Virus record (IMG/VR): IMGVR_UViG_3300027749_005140
Coordinates: 64,001 to 128,000 of that record
Reading direction: 5' to 3' (one strand)
DNA: 64,000 nucleotides
Source: a virus
Taxonomy: Duplodnaviria; Heunggongvirae; Uroviricota; Caudoviricetes
Shown here: in pieces, positions 45,897-55,602 of the stretch
How positions within the stretch are numbered: position 1 is the first letter of the stretch
Layout of the letters: every line of letters begins with the position of its first letter
Notes under the pieces: model-generated
What the model was told of the DNA's origin: nothing
Seen by the model: the letters and a program-made list of their open reading frames with translations, nothing else
Databases searched by the model: none
Made by a program: the position numbers and the translations under genes

Positions 45897-46321
45897 TAAA
45901 AATTATTATAAATCATTTTTGTTAATTTAGGATCATTAAAAGTATTACCATTAAAGAAAAGATAAATACCTTTTAGTCTCTTCACTTCTAAAATTGCCAA
46001 TTCTTCTGTTTCAAATATATTCAACATAATAGGAACTGATTTTAATTTACCTTTTTCAAATATTCTATGTTCTCCTTTAATATCATTAAAATATCTAAGT
46101 TCGATTATACTAAAGTATCCAGTTTCTACTTGATGTATCTTATATTTTATAACATAAGGTTTATTACTATACTCTTTTGTAAATATAAGAGCATCAATAC
46201 ATTCTAACATAACTTCATCTGTATGTAGATTTCTAATATTTTCCAAATCTCTTTTAGACTTTGATTGATTTATACTACACCAAAATAAACTATCTAATGT
46301 AGTTACTTGTAAATTAAACAT
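45896..46321 (-). CDS. Hypothetical protein
   Basis: TAATG overlap with dnaJ. Confidence 0.55.
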   Translation of the reverse strand: MFNLQVTTLDSLFWCSINQSKSKRDLENIRNLHTDEVMLECIDALIFTKEYSNKPYVIKYKIHQVETGYFSIIELRYFNDIKGEHRIFEKGKLKSVPIMLNIFETEELAILEVKRLKGIYLFFNGNTFNDPKLTKMIYNNF

Positions 46322-47391
46322 TAAAAATTACCAGCATTTTTTAGTTTTTCCAGTATTGCTTTTTGTTCAAGGTTGATAGACTTTGGTATTCTAATTCTAA
46401 TATTTATTACTAAACTTCCCATACCTTCGTGAATATCTGGAATTCCTTTACCATTTACTCTTATAATCTTACCGTGTTCTGTACCCGGTTCAATAGCTAC
46501 TATTACATCACCGTGTGGTGTTTTAACCGATACATTGTTACCAATTATTGCATCAATAACTGAAATCTCTACATCAACTATAATGTTACCACCTTCTCTT
46601 CTAAAATATGGCTCTCTAATTTCATCAAAGACAATATATAAGTCTCCCGGAACACCATTGACTACATGATTTCCAAATCCCGCCATACTCATTTGCATTC
46701 CATTTCCAACACCTTTAGGTATTTCAACATCAACGGTTTGTTCTTTTAAAGTTGTTCCATGTCCGTGACAAACATTACACTTGTTTGCTATTTGAGTTCC
46801 AGAACCATTACAGTCAGGACAACCCGAAACATTTCTAATTTGTCCAAATGGTGTATTTTGTACTACAGTTCTTTGTCCAGAACCATTACACGGAATACAA
46901 GTTCTTACATCGGAACCACCTTTACCATTACAAGGATTACAAGGTTCATGTCTTTTATACTTTAATTTCTTTGTAGCACCATTGATTATTTCTTCAATAG
47001 TTAAAGTAACTTTTATTCTTAAATCAGATCCTTTTGATTGTCTTTGTTGTTGTTGTTGTTGTCTTTGACCACCACCAAATATATCTCCAAATTGACTGAA
47101 TATATCATCCATATTGAAACCGTGACCTCTTCCACCACCGAATGGATTTCCACCTCCGAATGGGTTACCTCCACCATCTGCAGATCCGAATCTATCAAAA
47201 TTAGATTTCTTTTCTGGATCAGAAAGCACATCATAAGCTTCTGCAGCTTCTTTAAATTTTGTTTCTGCTTCTGGATTACCTGGATTTTTATCAGGATGCC
47301 ACTTCATTGCCATTTTACGATAAGACTTCTTAATCTCATCTTCTGATGCTGTTTTATCAACACCTAGTACGTTATAATAATCTTTTGCCAT
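46321..47391 (-). CDS. dnaJ: DnaJ co-chaperone (type I)
   Basis: J-domain HPD, G/F-rich region, four CxxCxGxG-type repeats, C-terminal domain. Confidence 0.95.
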   Translation of the reverse strand: MAKDYYNVLGVDKTASEDEIKKSYRKMAMKWHPDKNPGNPEAETKFKEAAEAYDVLSDPEKKSNFDRFGSADGGGNPFGGGNPFGGGRGHGFNMDDIFSQFGDIFGGGQRQQQQQQRQSKGSDLRIKVTLTIEEIINGATKKLKYKRHEPCNPCNGKGGSDVRTCIPCNGSGQRTVVQNTPFGQIRNVSGCPDCNGSGTQIANKCNVCHGHGTTLKEQTVDVEIPKGVGNGMQMSMAGFGNHVVNGVPGDLYIVFDEIREPYFRREGGNIIVDVEISVIDAIIGNNVSVKTPHGDVIVAIEPGTEHGKIIRVNGKGIPDIHEGMGSLVINIRIRIPKSINLEQKAILEKLKNAGNF

Positions 47392-47394
47392 ATT

Positions 47395-47709
47395 TTATGT
47401 TAATATTTTTTCTAATTTTATATCTCTATATATTTGTTTGGTTGTATCTGTCAGTCTAATACTTACCCATCTATTATATCTTATAATGAACTCAGTATTA
47501 CTTATCATTGAAGACATAATTGGCATCTCATCAATTATATCTTTGAATATAGTTTCTGCATCTTGTATCATCCAATTTTCTATTTCTGATAATCTTTTAC
47601 AGAAATAATCCATAAATGGGGTAGCAGTATCAATAACGTTACCTAGATAAATATCAGAGTTAAACCCCTGTGGAGCGCCTTCTGATATTTGTACATACCA
47701 ATTAATCAT
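47395..47709 (-). CDS. Hypothetical protein with the C-terminal tag
   Basis: Ends IYRDIKLEKILT. Confidence 0.6.
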   Translation of the reverse strand: MINWYVQISEGAPQGFNSDIYLGNVIDTATPFMDYFCKRLSEIENWMIQDAETIFKDIIDEMPIMSSMISNTEFIIRYNRWVSIRLTDTTKQIYRDIKLEKILT

Positions 47710-48223
47710 TTATTATTCTCTTTAAATTTTTATCTCTTGTTGCCAATTTCATATCAGCATCAACTGTTTCTGAATTATATGCTATATGGAATAAACCTGC
47801 AATATAATTATCAACTATAAGTTGTAGTGTTTCTTGTGTTCTATCTAAATTATCAAATATCTCTAATTTATTTGAAGACTTTGGTATAATTAAAACCAAA
47901 TAATCTAAAAATTCATCTATATCAAATAATAATTCAAATAATTGTAACCTTTCTTTTTTTAACATAGAAGGTGGAGTAACATAAACTTTACCCCACACTC
48001 TTCTAATTGTCGGTAGAATAAAATCTAGTAGATCATCATCACCATCATACAAATTTCCTTGAAATTCAAATCCTTTAAATAAGTAAAGTTTCTTATCAAT
48101 AACATATTCTAATAAATCTCTAAATTCAGATGTATTTTTAATACCTTGACACAACGTATCAAGAATTATTTCTCGATACGATGGGTTTTGATTTATTTCT
48201 AATATGGAAGGTTTAGTATTCAC
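47702..48223 (-). CDS. Hypothetical protein with a weak gp23-like segment and the C-terminal tag
   Basis: FILPTIRRVWGKV; ends TRDKNLKRIIND. Confidence 0.55.
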   Translation of the reverse strand: MNTKPSILEINQNPSYREIILDTLCQGIKNTSEFRDLLEYVIDKKLYLFKGFEFQGNLYDGDDDLLDFILPTIRRVWGKVYVTPPSMLKKERLQLFELLFDIDEFLDYLVLIIPKSSNKLEIFDNLDRTQETLQLIVDNYIAGLFHIAYNSETVDADMKLATRDKNLKRIIND

Positions 48224-48675
48224 TATTTTCCTAATACAACTTTTGGATATCTAAAAGGTTTACCATTTAATGTATAACCTTTAGTGACTACATCTATTAC
48301 TTTTTTAGCACCTGCTTCAGTTATACTAATAACTTCGTGTAACTCATCATCATAAGTTTCAGTTTGAATTGGTTCAATACCTTGTGACTTTAAGAAAGTT
48401 TCTAATTTTTGTGCGATTAGTAAAACTCCTTTATCAACTTTATCCATTGATTTCAAAGCCAATGTAACATCATTATCCATATCAATAACAGATGATAACA
48501 TTTTAGTTTTTGTGTTTAATACTAACTCTTCTTTATCTTTCTGAACTCTTCTTTTGTAGTTTTCAAAATCTGCATAAAGACGTAAGTATTTGTCCTCGGA
48601 CTCTTGTAGTTTTTGTTCTACTGTTACTTCAACAATAGTTTCTTCTAAAATTTCTTTTTGTTCTTCGTTTTCCAT
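48223..48675 (-). CDS. grpE: GrpE nucleotide exchange factor
   Basis: YLRLYADFENYKRR, HEVIS, VV-x-KGY-x-LNG...R-x-PKVVL. Confidence 0.9.
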   Translation of the reverse strand: MENEEQKEILEETIVEVTVEQKLQESEDKYLRLYADFENYKRRVQKDKEELVLNTKTKMLSSVIDMDNDVTLALKSMDKVDKGVLLIAQKLETFLKSQGIEPIQTETYDDELHEVISITEAGAKKVIDVVTKGYTLNGKPFRYPKVVLGK

Positions 48676-48680
48676 TTTTA

Positions 48681-49178
48681 TTAATAATTAAATTTAAGCA
48701 TCTTCTTTACCGCACTTGCGTTATAAAACTCATATATAACATTTTTGTCTTCAAGTTCAATCACTTCTAGTTTTTCTAAACTTATTTTCATTTCATCTAT
48801 GTATTCAACAAGCTCTTTTAATGAGTTTACCCAACCAGCACTAGGCTCCCAATAGTCAGGAAATTTATCTAAAAACTTATCAACTGCGTAGTCAAAGTTT
48901 TTCTTTCTTATAAGTAACGTACCATCTTTTTTAGGGTTATTGATAGATTTATTACTCAAAAATTCAGTAACATAAGTATTAAACTTATGAATTAAATTTA
49001 TAGTTTCGATTATTTTAAGTAAACCCATTACTAATGCATCTCTTTCAGATATTTCTATCTCTACATTTTCTTTAAGTATTCTTTCCGCTTCTTTTTCAGT
49101 ACATTGAAGTACATAATATACATAGGAGTCCCAAAGGCAACGCTTCACGATCTCTTCGGGACATAAAGTTATTTTCAT
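48681..49178 (-). CDS. Hypothetical protein
   Basis: First gene of the grpE-dnaJ operon; middle-type motif upstream. Confidence 0.6.
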   Translation of the reverse strand: MKITLCPEEIVKRCLWDSYVYYVLQCTEKEAERILKENVEIEISERDALVMGLLKIIETINLIHKFNTYVTEFLSNKSINNPKKDGTLLIRKKNFDYAVDKFLDKFPDYWEPSAGWVNSLKELVEYIDEMKISLEKLEVIELEDKNVIYEFYNASAVKKMLKFNY

Positions 49179-49256
49179 ATTATTTTTAGTAATTTTATTA
49201 TTATATGTGTATTTAGTAAGAAGTTTTTCTTATCTTTGTCAAAATATAATTAAAAC

Positions 49257-49448
49257 ATGGAAATAAACCAAAAAGTAGAATTAAATAAGAAGATTAAATC
49301 TTATGATGGTGCTAATTCATTTTTAGTGTCATTACAGAAGCAATTAAAAACAAATACAAAATTAAATAAAGAAGACTTTAAAGGAAGACAAGTAAAAGTT
49401 TTAAGTGATAAACAATACTCTGTTGCCGAAAGTTTATTAAAAGACTAA
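49257..49448 (+). CDS. Hypothetical protein
   Basis: TATCTTTG element upstream. Confidence 0.55.
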   Translation: MEINQKVELNKKIKSYDGANSFLVSLQKQLKTNTKLNKEDFKGRQVKVLSDKQYSVAESLLKD

Positions 49449-49451
49449 AAT

Positions 49452-49664
49452 ATGAATAACAATTATAACATCGCAGTATCTGCAATAGATCTTCTTAGTG
49501 ATGGTTTAACATCTAACAACCATACTAAGATAAGAGAAGCACTTAATATGATTCATGACGAGAATTTTTCTTGGAGTGGATTAGAAGTTGTCAAGATGGA
49601 GTGGGATGAATTATTATTAGAAATTAAGCGAAGATACGAAGAAGTAAAAGTAAAACTTAAATAA
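49452..49664 (+). CDS. Hypothetical protein
   Basis: Operon position. Confidence 0.55.
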   Translation: MNNNYNIAVSAIDLLSDGLTSNNHTKIREALNMIHDENFSWSGLEVVKMEWDELLLEIKRRYEEVKVKLK

Positions 49665-49665
49665 A

Positions 49666-50925
49666 ATGAAAACACTATACAACATACCAACTTACGATGA
49701 AGCATTAGCTTTGGTTAATAGAGTGGACTCTCCATTCTACGAGTCAAAATCTATTGTTGGTGGGTATGCTGTATCTACTTTCAACTATAGATTAGCTTCT
49801 TGGGCGGATTTCAATGATGTAGGTGCGAAAGAAATGAGAGGAATATCATACGTATTCAACTCTGACGGATCTTTGTTTAAAAGATACTTATTATTAGAGA
49901 AATTCTTTAACTTGAACCAAGTACCAGATACTATGTATTCAGAAGTTAAAGATTTCAAAATAAAATCTATCTACAACAAAGAAGATGGATCTGTTGCATC
50001 ATTTATAAAACTTCCAGATGGATCAGTTTTTGGTAAATCAAAAATGTCTGTTATTACAGACCAAGCAGAAGGTATCATGAGAGTTTACAAATCAAATGAG
50101 TCTGTAAAAAGATTTGTTGATTGGACTTTCGATAACGATATATCTGCAATCTTTGAGTATGTCGCTCCATCAAACAAAATTGTTTTGAGATATGCAAAAG
50201 AAGATTTAATCTTGTTAAAATTGAGAGATAATGTTACTGGTGAACTATTAGACTTAAATGACTATTTAGACGTAATCGGAGACATTAGAATGGCGCCTTC
50301 TGAGGCAGGTTATACTTTAGACGAGTTAATCGAAATGGCTTCTTACACAGAAGATAAAGAAGGATGGATAATTGAATTTACTAACGGTTTATTGATGAAA
50401 ATCAAAACTGATTGGTACTTCAAAAGGCACGGTATATTGACTGAGGATATTTACAGAGAAAACATTATAATCAACTACATCTTAACTGATGAAATTGATG
50501 ATGTTGTTGCACAAATCCCAGAAGATGAAGTAGAAGCTCACGCTAGAATTGAAAAAATTATCTTAATAGTTAAAAGAGCTTTATCTAAAAAAGTTGAAGA
50601 AATAAAAAGATCATATGAGTTCTACTTAACTGTGGGTTCAAGAAAAGATTATGCAATCAACTATAGAGGTAAAGAAGAGAACTTCGCGTTTGTAATGAAA
50701 ATGGCGACTGTAGATGAAATGGCATTACTATCAAGAGAAGAAATCTTAGAAATCTTTGAAGAATATGAAAGATATGAATATATGATCAAAAATTCTGAAC
50801 CATTTGAAATGGCGAAAGGTTGGTTGTCGAGAGATACTAACAAATTGTTAATAGCAAGAGATTGGTTATCTAAAATTGACCCAACTTTATTCTTCATTGA
50901 CGTTGAAGAAGATGTAGAAGACTAA
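49666..50925 (+). CDS. T4 RNA ligase 1 (RnlA) family
   Basis: LEKFFNLNQ, K-x-DGS adenylation motif (YNKEDGS), FEY-x-APSNKIVL-x-Y, EGW, MKIKTDWY. Confidence 0.85.
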   Translation: MKTLYNIPTYDEALALVNRVDSPFYESKSIVGGYAVSTFNYRLASWADFNDVGAKEMRGISYVFNSDGSLFKRYLLLEKFFNLNQVPDTMYSEVKDFKIKSIYNKEDGSVASFIKLPDGSVFGKSKMSVITDQAEGIMRVYKSNESVKRFVDWTFDNDISAIFEYVAPSNKIVLRYAKEDLILLKLRDNVTGELLDLNDYLDVIGDIRMAPSEAGYTLDELIEMASYTEDKEGWIIEFTNGLLMKIKTDWYFKRHGILTEDIYRENIIINYILTDEIDDVVAQIPEDEVEAHARIEKIILIVKRALSKKVEEIKRSYEFYLTVGSRKDYAINYRGKEENFAFVMKMATVDEMALLSREEILEIFEEYERYEYMIKNSEPFEMAKGWLSRDTNKLLIARDWLSKIDPTLFFIDVEEDVED

Positions 50926-50950
50926 AACCCACCGATTGGTGGGTTTTTTA
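50923..50950 (+). terminator. Rho-independent terminator
   Basis: AAAACCCACC-gatt-GGTGGGTTTTTT. Confidence 0.85.
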
Positions 50951-51104
50951 AAAATTTGTAAAACTTTTTTAATTTTTACAATATATATTTAGTGTAAAGA
51001 TTATGTATGACATAATGTCATTATCTTATGTATAAATGTCAGTAAAATAACTTTGGCACAGAAATTGAATATTACTAATTACAAAAAAATAAATTAATTA
51101 AATT

Positions 51105-52997
51105 ATGGCAAAAGATGTAATCATCGGAATCGATCTTGGAACCACTAATAGCTGTGTAGCAGTTGTTGAAGGTGGAGAACCAATCGTTATTTCAAATTCA
51201 GAAGGTAAAAGAACAACACCTTCAGTTGTAGGATTCACTGATAAAGACAGAAAAGTTGGTGACCCTGCGAAAAGACAAGCAGTTACAAACCCTGAAAAAA
51301 CTGTTTACTCAATAAAAAGATTTGTAGGGAAAGACTTTTCATCTTGTACAGATGAAGTAACAAGAGTTCCTTACAAAGTAGAAAAAACTGGCTCAAATGT
51401 ACCTGGTGTTAGAATTGACGACAGAGTATATACTCCACAAGAAATCTCAGCAATGATTCTTCAAAAGATGAAGAAAACTGCAGAAGATTACTTGGGTTAT
51501 GAAGTAACTAGAGCAGTTATTACCGTTCCTGCTTACTTCGGTGATGCAGAAAGAACAGCAACAATCGAAGCAGGAGAAATCGCTGGTTTGAAAGTTGAAA
51601 GAATTATCAATGAACCAACTGCGGCTGCTTTAGCATATGGTTTAGATAAGAAAAACACTGAATCTAAAATTTTAGTATTTGACTGTGGTGGTGGAACTCA
51701 CGACGTGTCTGTATTAGAAATTGGTGATGGTGTTTTTGAAGTAAAATCTACTGATGGTGATACTCACTTAGGTGGTGACGACTTTGATAATGAAATCATT
51801 ACTTGGATGGTAGAAGAATTCAAATCTGAAAATGGTATGGATTTATCAAAAGATGCTATGGCATTACAAAGATTAAAAGAAGCTGCTGAGAAAGCGAAGA
51901 TTGAATTATCTTCTTCTACAACAACTGATATTAATCTACCTTACATCACATCAAGAGACAATCAGCCTTTACACTTTGTTAAACAGTTAACTAAAGCGAA
52001 ATTTGAACAAATGACTAGTTCATTAGTTAAAAGAGCTATTGATTGTGCAAAGTCTGCTCTTAAAAGTGCTAAATTAAAACCATCTGATATTGACGAAGTT
52101 ATCTTAGTTGGTGGTTCTACAAGAATTCCTGCTATTCAAGATGCTATCGAATCATTCATTGGTAAGAAAGCAAACAAATCTGTGAACCCAGATGAAGTTG
52201 TTGCGTTAGGAGCAGCTATTCAAGGAGCAGTTTTAACTGGTGGTATTTCAGATGTATTACTTTTAGATGTAACTCCTCTTTCACTTGGTATTGAAACAAT
52301 GGGTAGCGTATTTACAAAATTGATTGATGCAAATACTACTATTCCTACAAGAAAAAGTGAAACATTCTCTACTGCCTCAGATAATCAATCATCAGTGGAA
52401 ATCCACTGTCTTCAAGGAGAAAGACCGATGGCAAGAGATAACCGTTCTTTAGGTAGATTCCATTTAGATGGTATCCCACCTGCACCAAGAGGTGTTCCCC
52501 AAGTTGAGGTGATTTTGGATATCGATGCTAACGGTATACTTTCTGTAACCGCGAAAGATAAAGCTACTGGTAAAGAAAACAAAATCCGAATTGAAGGTGG
52601 TTCTCAGTTGACTAAAGAGGAAATTGAGAACATGAAGGCAGAAGCTGAAGCTAATGCAGAATCTGATAGAATTGAAAGAGAAACAGTTGACAAACTTAAC
52701 GGTGCAGACAACTTAATCTTCCAAACAGAAAAACAAATTAAAGAGTTTGATGAAAAACTATCAGAAGAAGACAAGAGAGCTTTAGGTATAGACCTAGAAG
52801 AATTGAAAAAAGCTTATGCTGATAAAAATGTTGATGCAATTGACGAAAGTTCTAAAAAACTAAGTGAATCATGGCATGCAATCAGTACTAAATTGTACGA
52901 ACAATCTCAAAATGAACCTGAGCAAACTAACGAAAGCTCAGATGATAATGTTGAAGATGTAAGCTTTGAGGAAGTTTCTGATGAAGAAACTAAGTAA
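51105..52997 (+). CDS. dnaK: Hsp70 chaperone DnaK
   Basis: [57 protein letters not shown]. Confidence 0.97.
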   Translation: MAKDVIIGIDLGTTNSCVAVVEGGEPIVISNSEGKRTTPSVVGFTDKDRKVGDPAKRQAVTNPEKTVYSIKRFVGKDFSSCTDEVTRVPYKVEKTGSNVPGVRIDDRVYTPQEISAMILQKMKKTAEDYLGYEVTRAVITVPAYFGDAERTATIEAGEIAGLKVERIINEPTAAALAYGLDKKNTESKILVFDCGGGTHDVSVLEIGDGVFEVKSTDGDTHLGGDDFDNEIITWMVEEFKSENGMDLSKDAMALQRLKEAAEKAKIELSSSTTTDINLPYITSRDNQPLHFVKQLTKAKFEQMTSSLVKRAIDCAKSALKSAKLKPSDIDEVILVGGSTRIPAIQDAIESFIGKKANKSVNPDEVVALGAAIQGAVLTGGISDVLLLDVTPLSLGIETMGSVFTKLIDANTTIPTRKSETFSTASDNQSSVEIHCLQGERPMARDNRSLGRFHLDGIPPAPRGVPQVEVILDIDANGILSVTAKDKATGKENKIRIEGGSQLTKEEIENMKAEAEANAESDRIERETVDKLNGADNLIFQTEKQIKEFDEKLSEEDKRALGIDLEELKKAYADKNVDAIDESSKKLSESWHAISTKLYEQSQNEPEQTNESSDDNVEDVSFEEVSDEETK

Positions 52998-53016
52998 GTA
53001 ATAGTTTCTAACTATT

Positions 53017-53050
53017 TAAAAACCCAGTAATTATATTACTGGGTTTTTTA
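53017..53050 (+). terminator. Rho-independent terminator
   Basis: AAAAACCCAGTAAT-tat-ATTACTGGGTTTTT. Confidence 0.85.
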
Positions 53051-53061
53051 TATATAGGTAT

Positions 53062-53310
53062 ATGAAAGAAATATTTAGTAGTGTTATAAGAAAAAAAGTT
53101 ACTAAACTAATTAGTGATATAGGGTTAGATATTTCGGAGATAGTTATCAAATTACCTCTAAGTATTGAAACTTTTGATACTATAGAATTGATCAATAATA
53201 CTATTATTCTTCATAGATTTGAAGCTAATTTAGATTATATTTTTCTTTTTGATCATTTAGAAGATGAAGATAAGTTAGAGGTATATAAACTACTTTTTAT
53301 TTATTTATGA
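53062..53310 (+). CDS. Hypothetical protein
   Basis: TTATATATA upstream. Confidence 0.5.
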   Translation: MKEIFSSVIRKKVTKLISDIGLDISEIVIKLPLSIETFDTIELINNTIILHRFEANLDYIFLFDHLEDEDKLEVYKLLFIYL

Positions 53311-53805
53311 CGAATATCTACTTTTATTCTTTTCTGCAAGATAAGCTTTTAAGTCTTCATAGTTGACATTACCTGGATTACTAAATATTTTATCAGAAAA
53401 ACCAATTGGTTTATCCTCAATCTTTTTAATTTCATTCGCTTTTACACGCTCATCATACTCTTCTTCAACAGTTTTTAGTATGTGTCCTAAGTAAAATTCG
53501 ATACCTTTATCTCTTACTAATAAATTATCCAATTCAAATAAAAATTCTTGTAAATCGTCAGTATAAACTGCAAAAGATTTATCTTTTATATAATGATCTA
53601 CATAGAACTTTATATCACCAACATTTCCCTGTCCATAAATTGTGGTATTATATTGCATGTTATAAAACTTTGCAAACTTATCTTTATCATTATAAATACG
53701 GGATCCATTTTTCTCTATAGTAGGAACTAATCCTAAACTAACTCTAAAATACCTGGATTTTTTAAATTCTTGAAGTGTTTGAAAACTTGATACTATACTT
53801 AACAT
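53305..53805 (-). CDS. Hypothetical protein
   Basis: ORF track. Confidence 0.6.
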   Translation of the reverse strand: MLSIVSSFQTLQEFKKSRYFRVSLGLVPTIEKNGSRIYNDKDKFAKFYNMQYNTTIYGQGNVGDIKFYVDHYIKDKSFAVYTDDLQEFLFELDNLLVRDKGIEFYLGHILKTVEEEYDERVKANEIKKIEDKPIGFSDKIFSNPGNVNYEDLKAYLAEKNKSRYSS

Positions 53806-53833
53806 AATTTATTTATTAAAATAAACTAGTTTC

Positions 53834-54394
53834 CTATTCAGTTTCTATTTCAAACTTTTCTTCTTCGTCACCAAACACATCATCTAATTCAATTTTAAGA
53901 TTGATAAGATATTCTTCATCTAACGATTTAACATCTACATTTTTATCTAATTGACCAATTATCTCAAATGTATTTATTTCATATTTTTTAAGAGTAACAT
54001 GACACTTTTTAATATCTTCTATACTAAAATCTTTATCATCTTCTTTAGGGAATGCTGCAATATCTTGTGCGACCTCTGCAGTATCTACTTTTATAAAAAT
54101 AGAATATGAATTTTCGTCATCAGAAAACTTAACTGTTAAGCCAGTATTCTTCATTGATATTTCAGAACTATCCAATCTAACACCAAACTCTTTAAAAGTT
54201 GGTTTATTCTTATCTTTATTAGATGAAAACTTTGCCTTTTTAACAGTCATTTCTTCAGAATCTTCTTCTGGCTCAGACTCATATTCAAACATCTTATCGA
54301 TTTTATTCTTTAAAACACCTAGTAATGAGTTACTATAGTTTTCAATTGTATCAGTTGCTTCAAGAATAAACTCTGTATATTTAATTATCTTCAT
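53834..54394 (-). CDS. Hypothetical protein with a capsid-targeting-like N-terminus
   Basis: MKIIKYTEFILE. Confidence 0.6.
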   Translation of the reverse strand: MKIIKYTEFILEATDTIENYSNSLLGVLKNKIDKMFEYESEPEEDSEEMTVKKAKFSSNKDKNKPTFKEFGVRLDSSEISMKNTGLTVKFSDDENSYSIFIKVDTAEVAQDIAAFPKEDDKDFSIEDIKKCHVTLKKYEINTFEIIGQLDKNVDVKSLDEEYLINLKIELDDVFGDEEEKFEIETE

Positions 54395-54398
54395 CTTA

Positions 54399-54671
54399 TT
54401 ATAAATTTTTTATTGATGTATTTGGTTTTGGTGGCATCACAATTGTTGAATACCCACCTTGTCCTAATCCTATCTTATCTTTTATATCATTTACAAAAAC
54501 TTGAGGTACTTTACCACTATCTTCATATTCTACCATCATTTCACCATAAAAGTCCATAAGATTATTTATCTCTATCGGTCTTAAATTAAATTTCTTTAGT
54601 ATAGAAAGAACTTCTGATTGATAATCATTATCTGAATATCCGAATCCTTCAAAAGTTTTTAAATGTTTCAT
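54399..54671 (-). CDS. Hypothetical protein with a capsid-targeting-like N-terminus
   Basis: MKHLKTFEGF; TAATATATA at 54676-54684. Confidence 0.6.
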   Translation of the reverse strand: MKHLKTFEGFGYSDNDYQSEVLSILKKFNLRPIEINNLMDFYGEMMVEYEDSGKVPQVFVNDIKDKIGLGQGGYSTIVMPPKPNTSIKNL

Positions 54672-54681
54672 ATACTATATA

Positions 54682-55173
54682 TTACTTATCACAAGTACCT
54701 TTTTCTACCTTTACTCTATACTGCATAGCTTTATCATAAACAAACTCAATTAGCCAAGGTTCAACATCAGTTATTTTAAATAAAAAACTTAACTCAAATA
54801 AATAAGCTTGCATTTCTTCATTACAAACATTATTATTATCGGATATATGTGCAATGTGATATGCTTCATGAATAATTGTTGATGCAAGATTATTTATAGA
54901 ACCTCTACCAAAATTTTTTGAGGAAATTACAATAACTCTCTTACCATCAATTATATGAATAGTATTTATACTACCATTCCAAACACTTATTCTATCTACA
55001 TTTGTTTCTACGAAGTCATAAAGAAATGGATCAACTATCTTAATCTTATCAAGTGATCTTTGTATCTCTACATCCCAGAAGTCTCCAGCTTTATCTATTT
55101 TAATTTGTGCATTAAGATTACAATAAAATAGAATAAAACATATTAAAAATAACTTACATTTTATAAACTGCAT
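54682..55173 (-). CDS. Putative secreted zincin metallopeptidase
   Basis: Hydrophobic signal-like N-terminus ending NLNA|Q; IIHEAYH with downstream EE-x-QAY-x-x-E. Confidence 0.6.
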   Translation of the reverse strand: MQFIKCKLFLICFILFYCNLNAQIKIDKAGDFWDVEIQRSLDKIKIVDPFLYDFVETNVDRISVWNGSINTIHIIDGKRVIVISSKNFGRGSINNLASTIIHEAYHIAHISDNNNVCNEEMQAYLFELSFLFKITDVEPWLIEFVYDKAMQYRVKVEKGTCDK

Positions 55174-55600
55174 CTTCTATACTTTTTTTTAATGCTCCGG
55201 CGAATGAAGTTTTATTAAATGGTAGATTCTCATCATTCAAATCAATGAATGTAGCAGTTACTGATGTTTTTGCTCTACCTACTCCTTCAAAATCTTCACC
55301 ATCTTTTGTGATTTTAACTTTAACCTCTGTATCTTTACTTACCTTCATAAATGGTCCTATTGATACACCAACAGTTGGTGCTTCAATACTAACTATCTCT
55401 ACAACAATTGGTTTACCATCTTCACATATAGTAAAGTTTTCTGACATAATCTCTTCTGTAAGTTGTCTAATACCAAAGACTACTCTTTCTTTTTTCATTT
55501 CCGGTGCATCAACTGATGACTTAATTTCAGTAACTTTATAACAGGGTTTTGTGAATCCCATTAAAGCCATAACAACTAAAATTATTATTAAATCTTTCAT
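55154..55600 (-). CDS. Putative secreted protein, possibly a short CsgG/FlgT-like fold
   Basis: Signal-like N-terminus; alternating beta pattern ending FAGALKKSIEDAV; lies in the CsgG operon. Confidence 0.45.
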   Translation of the reverse strand: MKDLIIILVVMALMGFTKPCYKVTEIKSSVDAPEMKKERVVFGIRQLTEEIMSENFTICEDGKPIVVEIVSIEAPTVGVSIGPFMKVSKDTEVKVKITKDGEDFEGVGRAKTSVTATFIDLNDENLPFNKTSFAGALKKSIEDAVYKM

Positions 55601-55602
55601 AA

